A DNA stretch of 64,000 nt. It comes from Mobula hypostoma. Taxonomy: Eukaryota. Below the pieces are notes generated by a model that ran no database searches, had not been told where the DNA came from, and saw only the letters and a program-made list of their open reading frames with translations. Positions within the stretch are counted from its first letter, which is position 1, and every line of letters begins with the position of its first letter. The stretch is taken from contig NC_086097.1 of assembly GCF_963921235.1 (NCBI RefSeq), positions 77,254,001 through 77,318,000 of the forward strand, written 5' to 3'. Below, piece by piece: positions 37,298-47,900 of the stretch. The position numbers were made by a program, and so were the translations under genes.

Positions 37298-39164
37298 GTG
37301 CATCCACCCACTCTGCATGATCCCACCAGTCTCTTCATCCATCTCATTTAGAATACAAATCCATGAAAACATGAGCCTTTGTTCACTTTTTGTTTATCAT
37401 ACTAAAACGAAAGCTTTGCTAGCTTTCTGCACATTCCTAAATATCTATCTCTAATTTGTAACTGATTGAGCTCTCAATTCATAGCTTGCATCATTGCAAC
37501 TATTCTGTACATAAATTATTCAATAATTTATTGAGCATCTTGAACTATTAAAATACTAACTTCATTTTAACAATTATTTTTGTTTCCTGGTATGTATCAT
37601 CACCCAGAGGACCTATTATTATATCAGCTGTCCTTGCAGTGTTTCTAAATTGGAATGCCTATAGATTAGTTAACTAGAAAAAAACACACATTTCCACAAA
37701 GGTCACTGTCATTTTAACAGGTGTCTTGGAGATCTTACTTACTTGTTCTAACACTTTCCAGGCAGTTTACTTCACATTTTCCATGTGAAAAAATATGCCC
37801 GTTTCATTATTTGGTCTTGGTCATTATTTAGATGTAAACTCTATGGACAAATGCAGTCCTATCCCACCCCAAGGATATTACAATATAAAAAGCATATTGA
37901 TCAAAAAGGAATAAGGGATAGATTTTGGTTTGGTTCCCATTTAATTTTGTAGTCATTAATGAAAATATTGTAATTAAAGACAGTAATTGACCCTAAATAA
38001 CTGTCTATTGCATTCTGTAATATCCACAAAAATTTAATGTTCCTTTCATCAGGTATCTGGCTTCATAATAAATGCACTACTGAAACTTTTATTTACTGGC
38101 AGCCAATACATAACAACAGTTCTACAAAGGTGGAATGCGCAAAACTAAGTGGAACATAAGCTGCAGGTTCTGACTTAATTAAAGATTAGAAGGACATAAT
38201 TTTCTAACATTGTAGAAAAGAAAGTTTTACAGAAAATTACAATTGCATAGGATACATAATAAACATTAACATCATATACAGTGGCAATGCTATAGTTACA
38301 AACTGTGAATCTCTGTATCCACAGGTGGGAAGGTTGGTGCCAAAGTTTGTTAAGGACACTGTGGACTGAATTACATCACTTTAGTGCATTCACTTAACAT
38401 AGTGTGCTTCTGTGGTAATTTTTTAATGTATGTTAAGTGTTCAGTTATTCCATAGATTCATCACTTGAGATCAATAGATTTTTGGACAGTCGACAATTGA
38501 ATAGACATGGAAATCTGGCAGGATAGAGGACAAGGAGAGACAAGGTTACTCATGATTATACCGAATGATACAACAAGTACAACGGCCCCTTTTGCTCACA
38601 CCTGCTTCCAATTCTTGTGCTCACAGTAAATTACACTCCTTTGTATTCAAGTGCAAATCTGTGCAGGAGCCAAGGGTATAAATTCACTATCATCTTCATT
38701 CATTGTGATCACACTAGCACTCTCATGCAGTTGTTGGTGAATGCAATTAAAATCAATTTAACAAAAACCAAACAGAAAACAAAAATCCCAATAAATTGGT
38801 ATGTGTAACTCCAGTAATCATCACTTGGTATATGTAACTGCAGTGGTTTATTTGCAGGTCTGTGGTAGTATTGGCAAGGAACAGCCTTTGAGGTTTATGG
38901 TACCACCTCAATTTATCATTTGAGAATTTTCTCCTTAACCAGTAATGATCGGCTGCCCACTAAGCAAATGGAATTTAAAAAATGTTATTTCTAAATTTCT
39001 GCAATGGTATTTTGTTGAAATGTATTTGATCTGAACCTGTTGAGAAAAAAGAAATGGATGGTCAACATGTTTAGACTATGGTCAGAGTCCGGCTGGAATA
39101 AAATCTTAAGCTGTATCTTGGAACTGAGCAAGGTTTATCGAGAAACATTAAAAAAAATGTTTTT

Positions 39165-41465
39165 TGTGTGTGTAGGGGAGCACTTTGGTTCCAGTGATCA
39201 TAACACCATTAGTTTCAACTTGATCATGGACAAGGATAGATCTGGTCTCAGGGTTGAGGTTCTGAACTGGAAGAAGGCCAAATTTGAAGAAATGGGAAAG
39301 GATCTAAAAAGCGTGGATTGGGACAGGTTGTTCTCTGGCAAGGATATGATCGGTAAGTGGGAAGCCTTCAAAGGAGAAATTTTGAGAGTGCAGAGCTTGT
39401 ATGTTCCTGTCAGGATTAAAGGCAAAGTGAATAGGAATAAGGAACCTTGGTTCTCAAGGGATATTGCAACTCTAAAGAAGAAGAGAGAGTTGTATGACAT
39501 GTATAGGAAACAAGGAGTAAATAAGGTGCTTGAGGAGTATAAAAAGTGCAAGAAAATACTTAAGAAAGAAATCAGGAGGGCTAAAAGAAAGATGAGGTTG
39601 CCTTGGCAGTCAAAGTGAAGGATAATCCAAAAAGCTTTTACAGGTATAGTAAGAGTAAAAGGATTGTAAGGGATAAAATTGGTCCTCTTGAAGATCAGAG
39701 TGGTCGGCTATGTGCGAAACCAAAAGAAATGGGGGAGATCTTAAATGGGTTTTTTGCATCTGTGTTTACTAAGGAAGCTGGAATGAAATCTATGGAATTA
39801 AGGGAAACAAGTAGTGAGATCATGGAGACTGTACAGATTGAAAAGGCAGAGGTACTTGCTATCTTGAGGCAAATTAAAGTGGATAAATCCCCAGGACCTG
39901 ACAGGGTATTCCCTCGGACCTTGAAGGAGACTAGTGTTGAAATTGCAGGGGCCCTCTCAGATATATTTAAAATGTCGGTGTCTACGGGTGAGGTGCCGGA
40001 GGATTGGAGAATAGCTCATGTTGTTCCGTTGTTTAAAAAAGGATCAAAAAGTAATCCAGGAAATTATAGGCTGGTAAGTTTGACGTCGGTAGTGGGTAAG
40101 TTATTGGAGGGAGTACTAAGAGACAGAATCGACAAGCATTTGGATAGACAGGGACTTATTAGGGAGAGTCAACATGGCTTTGTGCGTGGTAGGTCATGTT
40201 TGACCAATCTATTGGAGTTTTTTGAGGAGGTTACCAGGAAAGTGGATGAAGGGAAGGCAATGGATGTTGTCTACATGGACTTCAGTAAGGCCTTTGACAA
40301 GGTCCCGCATGGGAGGTTAGTTAGGAAAATTCAGTCACTAGGTATACATGGAGAGGTGGTAAATTGCATCAGGTATTGGCTCAATGGAAAAAGCCAAAGA
40401 GTGGTAGTAGAGAATTGCTTCTCAGAGTGGAGGCCTGTGACTAGTGGTGTGCCACAGGGATCAGTGCTGGGTCCATTGTTTTTTGTCATCTATATCAATG
40501 ATCTGGATGATAATGTGGTAAATTGGATCAGCAAATTTGCTGATGATACAAAGATTGGAGGTGTAGTGGACAGTGAAGAAGGTTTTCAGAGCCTGCAGAG
40601 GGACTTAGACCAGCTGGAAAAATGGGCTGAAAAATGGCAGATGGAGTTTAATACAGACAAGTGTGAGGTATTGCACTTTGGAAGGACAAACCAAGGTAGA
40701 ACATACAGGGTAAATGGTAAGGCACTGAGGAGTGCAGTAGAACAGAGGGATCTGGCAATACAGATACAAAATTCCCTAAAAGTGGCATCACAGGTAGATT
40801 GGGTCATAAAGAGAGCTTTTGGTACATTGGTCTTTATTAATCGAAGTATTGAGTATAAGAGCTGGAATTTTCTGATGAGGTTGTATAAGGCATTGGTGAG
40901 GCCGAATCTGGAGTATTGTGTTCAGTTTTGGTCACCAAATTACAGGAAGGATATTAATAAGGTTGAAAGAGTGCAGAGAAGGTTAACAAGGACATTGCCG
41001 GGACTTGAGAAGCTCCATTACAGAGAAAGGTTGAATAGGTTAGGACTTTATTCCCTGGAGCGTAGAAGAATGAGGGGAGATTTGATAGAGGTATATAAAA
41101 TTATGATGGGTATAGATAGAATGAATGCAAGCAGGCTTTTTCCACTGAGGCAAGGGGAGAAAAAAACCAGAGGACATGGGTTAAGGGTGAGAGGGGAAAA
41201 GTTTAAAGGGAACATTAGTGGGGGCTTCTTCACACAGAGAGTGGTGGGAGTGTGGAATGAGCTGCCAGACGAGGTGGTAAATGCGGGTTCTTTTTTAACA
41301 TTTAAGAATAAATTGGACAGATACATGGATGGGAGGTGTATGGAGGGATATGGTCCGTGTGCAGGTCAGTGGGACTAGGCAGAAAATAGTTCGACACAGC
41401 CAAGAAGGGTCAAAAGGCCTGTTTCTGTGCTGTAGTTTTTCTATGGTTTTTCTATGGTTTTTCTA
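39165..41465 (+). mobile_element. Young 5'-truncated CR1 LINE
   Basis: Starts at the end of EN ('VGEHFGSSDHN'), has one frameshift near 39590, and ends in the tail TTTTCTATGGTTTTTCTATGGTTT. Confidence 0.96.
39603..41378 (+). CDS. CR1 ORF2 reverse-transcriptase portion (591-aa uninterrupted frame, lacks endonuclease)
   Basis: All RT motifs are present (KSPGPD, YRLVSLTS, QHGF, DFSKAFDKV, GVPQGSVLGP, KFADD). It is part of a truncated element, so probably not a functional gene. Confidence 0.8.
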   Translation: MAVKVKDNPKSFYRYSKSKRIVRDKIGPLEDQSGRLCAKPKEMGEILNGFFASVFTKEAGMKSMELRETSSEIMETVQIEKAEVLAILRQIKVDKSPGPDRVFPRTLKETSVEIAGALSDIFKMSVSTGEVPEDWRIAHVVPLFKKGSKSNPGNYRLVSLTSVVGKLLEGVLRDRIDKHLDRQGLIRESQHGFVRGRSCLTNLLEFFEEVTRKVDEGKAMDVVYMDFSKAFDKVPHGRLVRKIQSLGIHGEVVNCIRYWLNGKSQRVVVENCFSEWRPVTSGVPQGSVLGPLFFVIYINDLDDNVVNWISKFADDTKIGGVVDSEEGFQSLQRDLDQLEKWAEKWQMEFNTDKCEVLHFGRTNQGRTYRVNGKALRSAVEQRDLAIQIQNSLKVASQVDWVIKRAFGTLVFINRSIEYKSWNFLMRLYKALVRPNLEYCVQFWSPNYRKDINKVERVQRRLTRTLPGLEKLHYRERLNRLGLYSLERRRMRGDLIEVYKIMMGIDRMNASRLFPLRQGEKKTRGHGLRVRGEKFKGNISGGFFTQRVVGVWNELPDEVVNAGSFLTFKNKLDRYMDGRCMEGYGPCAGQWD

Positions 41466-42112
41466 AAATCTGCTTCAATCACGTGTTTGCTGGAATATTC
41501 TGGGGAAATACATTTTTTTATAGAAGAGAATGGAGGCAATGTGAAAAAATCAGAATAAGTGCTGTCTTTCTCGGGAAAAAAATCCATCATGCTATATTTT
41601 ATAAGGGTACAAATTTCCTGTAACCAACATTCTCTTAATCCAACATTGTGCTTTATCAACAATTTAACCTGAACCTCAATTGGTTAAACTACCAGATTAG
41701 ACTAATTTTCAGGTGTGCTATGTGCCAACAGCATATAAAACATTTTTTTTTATCGGTTTCCCTCTTGCATTGTACGTTCTAACTCTGGCTAAGAACACAG
41801 GTACTGTATGTGACTTGCTTCAGGACATCAGGAAATAAAATTATTGCTTTTCCAACATTTCCAAACTAGCCAGTCACACCAGCTGTCAGGAAATAGAGGA
41901 GGCTTGACCCTAAAGCAGTGCAGTGGAGACAATTGAGCAGTGAACAATAACTTTATTAATAGATTATAAAATAACAAACCAAAATTGGTCACAAAATTTA
42001 GAGAGAACAGAAACTAAACACAACAGACAATAAGGTAGACTTTAGTCAGGGAGTGTAAAAGTTAGGAGCAACTAGTTGAGGCTGGCTGCTTCGATGAGCA
42101 AACAAAAACTGT

Positions 42113-45100
42113 TCTTCTTCATCTTGTAATATTTACTGGCTGTTGACAGACCAACATAAGGTGCATTCCACCACCTACTGAGTTGGAGTTGTTACTACCC
42201 CGTAACTGGGTTGCCAAACTAGCAGAAATGGAACACTCGTTGGAGTCTGTGATTACTAGGAACTAATAAAGTTTTATTAAAGAAATAAGTAATACAGTAC
42301 ACTAATCGTAAGGATATAAATGTAACAGGTTAGCAATGATAATACACACATATACACAGCACTAGGGTAGTAGGAATCAACCAAGCTCTATCGCAGTCTA
42401 GGGGTAAAATGATCAGTCTTAAGTGAAGCAGAGTTCAGTTCAGTTTAGTGCAGTTCAAAGTAGTCGCTGTTGTTGTACCATTGGAGAGAGAGAGGGAGAG
42501 AGAGAGTGGGAGATGCAATTGGTTTTAGGCAGACCTTTTGATGTCTTCGCAGTTGGTTTCGGGCAGACCTTTTGATGTCTTCTAATCCTGCTGTGGTCAC
42601 CGACTGTGACCCCTCCATTCCGGATACGATTGTTCTTCCGTGGTGAACCCGGCACCCAGGCAAGGGCGGACACACACCCCAGGTTCCCACTGATCGTACC
42701 TTTACACCCTGTGAGCCTCTGATTGGTTCCCGTGAAACGGTCCTCCAAACTCCCACCATTTGTGGGGGCACACTGCTCTTTCCAGGGTCTTGTGGCATGT
42801 CCCGTGCCTTAGCAAACCTGCTCCTTTTATCCCCCTGCTGGGGTATTACCTGTCCATCAAACTTCAAGCAGTTCAGGTTCAAAGCAACTGGTCTGTCAAT
42901 ATCTGAATTGTGTTTCTTTCCCACCAATCCCTCTCTTCTCTCTTATTAGCATTTTGAATGTTTCTCCATTGTCTTTCGTTATCTCTCTCATTAGCATCAT
43001 CCGTCCGGTAGCTCTGCTTGGTGTAACACATGACAGAGTGTAGAGCAAAGAGACAGGAAGTATACCCACTAAGTTCACCCCCCAAAAAAACCCCTCAAAT
43101 AATATCAAAAAGCCTAGTGCTTTTCAGGAAGTCAAATACACACTTAAATACATTACAATGGCAGTGATATCCTAATAAGCTTTCCATGTTAAACTCTGTC
43201 TGACTCAAAGATCCTAATTTAGTAATTAGATACGGTATTTCCTTTGAACCTCATAGGAAATGCATTCAAACAATATATGCTGCACCAGTTCTAGACAAGT
43301 ACACTCCCTGCAAATACTGGTATCATGCATATTAATTTTGAACAGAGAATTATTAAACCTACTATGTCTAATATGTAAATATAACTTCTTCTCTCCTTTT
43401 ATATCCATTTCCAGTTGAGTTCCTACCATTCCCTGAATTATAATAAATACCATCCACTCTTTTCCTTATTCCGACTCTGTTGCCACAGTGATTGAATAGA
43501 CTTTTTAATTAGGGTTTTCTCCTTATGCAAAAGCACCACTACATTTATACGCTTAATTTTATGTGATTGCTTGGCAGGAATGTCTGCCACCTTGTTTCCT
43601 TCAACCCAAACGTGGGCAAGAACCCATATGAAATGTATACATAGGCCTAGACCCTGCAGCCTCTACAGATGTTGTCCAATCTCAAGAAGAACAACTGACC
43701 TACAGTTGGAAGTACCTGTTTAATAGATGCCAAGACCAAGAACAAGTCAGAACACAGAAGTACATAGTCAGGGCGTACCTTCAACCCATTCCAAGGCTAA
43801 AATGATAGCAACCATCTCAGATGTGAATGCTGATACTTTGATAAACTTTTCTTAATAGTCACTTGAAACTTTGGAAGATAAATAGAAACACCTGGTCACC
43901 GGATCTTTTGAACCATCTATGTAGATATGCAAGAATCCATAATATCTGCCTTGTATATATTGCTGAACTTCCTGTGCCACTGGTAAACAATCACTCCTCA
44001 TCTTGATGTTTTGCTGGAGGCCCAAATCAACTGTAGGCAAAGGGAAAAACTATGGAGGAGAGACAGAAAGGGGTACACTGGGACCATAATCCACATTAAA
44101 CAACCCAAGACTCTGTGCCCATTCATTTCCCATCCACCCAAAACTGAGGACCTTACAAATACAGTGCTCCCAACACTGTACTAATATTGCCAATATTAGA
44201 TGATCAACTTTTTTCCTCTTACGTTAACCCAATAAACAAATGCTAACTGTAAACTGCAAAGTTGTAAAGGTACTTCACCCATTTCTGCCAGTAATACTGA
44301 AATTAGGGATGATTTAATAGCACCAGAACATAATCTCAATGCTCACGCTTGAACCTTATCTAGGTTGACCCACAAGCAACACATTCATAATTAAAGACAT
44401 ATCTGATTAAAGCAATATACATTTATCTAAGTGGCCTTCTCCTACCCCAATCACACCCAACTAAGCACCTGAGCACATTAAGGTCTTTTTTCACTCTTCC
44501 ATCTACGTAACTAGACTCTTTACCACTGACTCTTGTTTAAGAGATTTACCATATAACTTCAGATCAATTGTGAGTATAATGTTCCTTTTAGAAAAATAAT
44601 TATCTTTAGTCTTTGTGACCGAAAATTTAAACATCACTGGCATTTCCATTCCTCTACTTCATTAATAGCTGCCTGTATTTTCCTAACTATAATTTATATT
44701 CTTGCCTCTTTTCCACTCTGCACTATCATCAGTATATAAAAACTTGGAAATGTCTGAACCAACATTTAAGAAAATATTATTAATCATAATATTAAAAAGT
44801 AGTGGGCTAACACACTCCCTTGTGGAGTCCCATTGTCATTCTCATACTCCTTAGAGAATATTGTTCCCAACCCAACTTGTATCTTCTTATCACATAAAAA
44901 GTCTTGAATCCAATTGAACATTCTGCCACCTATTCCTATTGTTTCCAGTTTAAGCAGCAATCCTTGTGTCCATAACATATCATAAGCTTTCTTTACATAA
45001 AAGAAAACTGCTAACACAGATTCTTTATTAACTTGGGCCTTACAAATATTATATTTCAAACTTAACACTGAGTCCATGGTCATTCTCCCTTTATAAAATC

Positions 45101-47900
45101 CAGATTGGTATATAGCTAATTTTCCACTACTTTCCACAAAATAAGAAAGCTTTGCTATACTATCCATTCCATTGTTTTACATACATGTGAAGTTAGTGAA
45201 ATTGGTCTATAACTGGAAGGATCTGATTGATCCTTACCAGTTGCACTTCAACCCATATTGTATTAAAGAATTTCAAAGCCAACATAAGTTTCAAATCTGA
45301 TAACTGTGTGAGCATATTATAACAAATATCATCTTTCCCAGATGATGTCTGACCAGCACCATTAATAGCTCTTTTAAGTTCAGACAATGTAAATTCAACT
45401 TCCAAGCAGGAACTGGAACATTTTTTTTTCCTTGGCAATCTGAGGATTGTTTGCCAGAACTCTTTCTCTACAAGACTCCTCTTTACTTAAGTTGGCCGAA
45501 CTACGTACTCTGACATATGTTTTTGCTAATAACTCTGCTTTTTCAGAGTCAGTAACTGCAACCTTCTCCCCACTATACAAAACTAGTAATGTATCAAATT
45601 TTCTAGCTACCCCTATTTTCTGTATCATATCCAACTTCTCCTACCTGAATCTCTTTCCTAATGCTATCACAGTACATTTTCCAATCTATCTTCTTGGCCT
45701 TTCTCACTGCTTTTCTAACGATAGCTTGAGGTTTTTTATATTGTTTGGAAGATGATGGGAGTAACACTGCCTAACTTTCCTAAAAGCTTTATTCTGCTCC
45801 TTCACAGCTCTTTTACATTCATCCATCCACCGGGAAACAGTTTTCCTTTTATTATCTTCCAATAATCTGAGATTTTATTCCCTAGTTAGTGAGTTGAATA
45901 CAGAAAAAGGTATTATTACTCAACTTGATATCCTCCAAAACCAAATGATCAGGATATCTACTTCCACATAAATCATCAAGTACATCCCAATTTTCCTTTT
46001 TAAAATTCCATCTGGGGATATGAGAACCTTTCCTCAGATACACATCAATTCACGATCACTCCCCACTGTTTTATCATTATACACTTCCCAGACACACACC
46101 TCAGATGCCAGTGTAAGATCTATAGCAGAAACAGTATTGTTAAATAGATTTATCTTTGTGCTCCTACCATCATTCAAGCATACCAAACACTTTTCTTCCA
46201 GAAAGTCTTCCACCACTGTCCCATTCACCTTTATGCCACTACAACCCCACGTAGTAATATGAACATTAAAATCCCCACACCATGTCACCCTATTTTTCTC
46301 ATTTCCACCCGCACTTTCCAATATATCAGGGTTAACCTTTCATAAAGGTTATAAGAATTAATTATCTATACTTTACTATTCTACCTCAAAATTTCAACCA
46401 CAACTGACTCGTAAGCAACCTCAATCTCCAAAACTCTGTGTGATATCTCATTTTGATAGAGATAGCCACTCCTTCTCCATTGCTCATTTTCTGATTATAT
46501 CAACGTAATGCTGTATTTTAAAGTGACAAGATTTCAACCAGGTTTCCTGTACACTTATAACATCAGCTTTATTTGGTAAATCATCAATGAAGTTCTTAAA
46601 CACTTGACCATTAGCTAACAGGCTTCCAGCATTTCATTGTAAGATGAGATAAAACATTAAAAATCTTCCTTTGAAGTATGAATATTATTTACTACTCGTT
46701 GTAAGGCTTCATTAATTACTTCTAGATCTTTAGATGTTTATTTGCAGCTTTTAATATAATTTTATTAGTTTACTGTCCTACTTATAGTTTCTGCTGTACA
46801 ATTTACCACATCTGCCATGAAAGTGACAAACTTTAGTTTATCAACAATCAGAGAATCATTTGTTATACACTCATGCACTCTACTCACTGTCTTTAAACTA
46901 TCTGTATTCTGGATATTAATAGATCTCATTGACAATGTCTTCTGCATTTTCTGCAGAGCCCCTGCATATGGTATGCTCATTTCCACCCGAATATCCTGCA
47001 CTTTCAGAGCTTTCTCATATACAGGACACCCTGTATAAGCAGAGCTATGTTCTCCTTCACAGTTGCTACAATTTAGTCTAACACCTTCTCCACATTTGCC
47101 ATAAACATGTTCTCCACCACACCACTTTTTACCCTTACACTCTGGTGCTACATGACCAAACTTCTGGGATTTGAAACATCTCAGAGGGGGTGGCACATAG
47201 CCTTGAACCATATAACTAAGATAACCTAAATTAACCCTATCCAGCAACTATTTTTCATCAAATTTAAACAACATCAATTAGCTGTTTATCTTCACCACAA
47301 AACCCTTTTAAACATTTAGTGTCCACAACTTTTCCCTTAACTAAATTATTTTTAACTTAGTCCCTAGATACATCTAGAGCCACTCCAGAGATTACTCCCC
47401 AAAATCACTGTCATTCAGTAGAATTTCTTGGTGTTACTTTCCTTCCTCCCACAGCATTAAACCCCAAAGTTTTCTCACATTGCTTACTATCTTTACAAAA
47501 TACTAGGATTGCCCCATTTCTTAAAGGTTTTGCACAGACAAATCTCCTAATGCGTATTTCAAACCCTTAGTTAATCTAACTGTATCGATATCAGAAACAG
47601 GTCCACATTCAAAACTCAACAAAACTTTCAGCTCTTCCGTCCTTTTTGAATTAAATTCTGTCTACTGCTTTCATCACTGAATGATAAGCCACTACAATCT
47701 TCCGTTGGGTGCTTATTTTTCCGTTTCCCAGAAACCTGCCATTCGCCTTCCACCATTCAACTCCTATCACCTAATATCACTTTCTATTTGTTACTTCCAT
47801 CTTCTCTGTCCCTTCTTGTCATCTCCACCCCTCTTCCTGTCTGAGAGAAAACTCTTTAGTGATGTAGTCATTCGAGGCTTCGGTCTTAGGAGGAAAGAGG
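42113..47900 (-). mobile_element. Nimb/I-clade LINE, near full-length and decayed (ORF1 zinc knuckles; ORF2 EN-RT-RNase H)
   Basis: ORF1 'PLRCFKSQKFGHVAPEC..CGGEH..C...CSNCEGEH'; EN 'WCGDFNVH..WG'; RT 'KKAYDMLW' and 'NGTPQGSV'; RNase H 'IYIDGSKDP'; (GAA)n tail at 42113-42120. Confidence 0.88.
42190..43035 (-). mobile_element. Solo LTR (846 bp), copy B, in the Nimb 3' UTR
   Basis: TGTTAC...CATGACA with a 4-bp TSD GAGT (42186-42189 and 43036-43039); homologous to 16848-17766. Confidence 0.88.

Noticed and set aside
38796..38846. Two ~20-bp direct repeats (TTGGTAT.TGTAACT.CAGT) as a mini-CRISPR
   Set aside because: Only two units with a ~10-bp gap, in a eukaryotic context; an ordinary local duplication.
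39040..39618. 192-aa ORF as a separate gene
   Set aside because: It is flank sequence read into the 5'-truncated CR1 ORF2 upstream of a frameshift.
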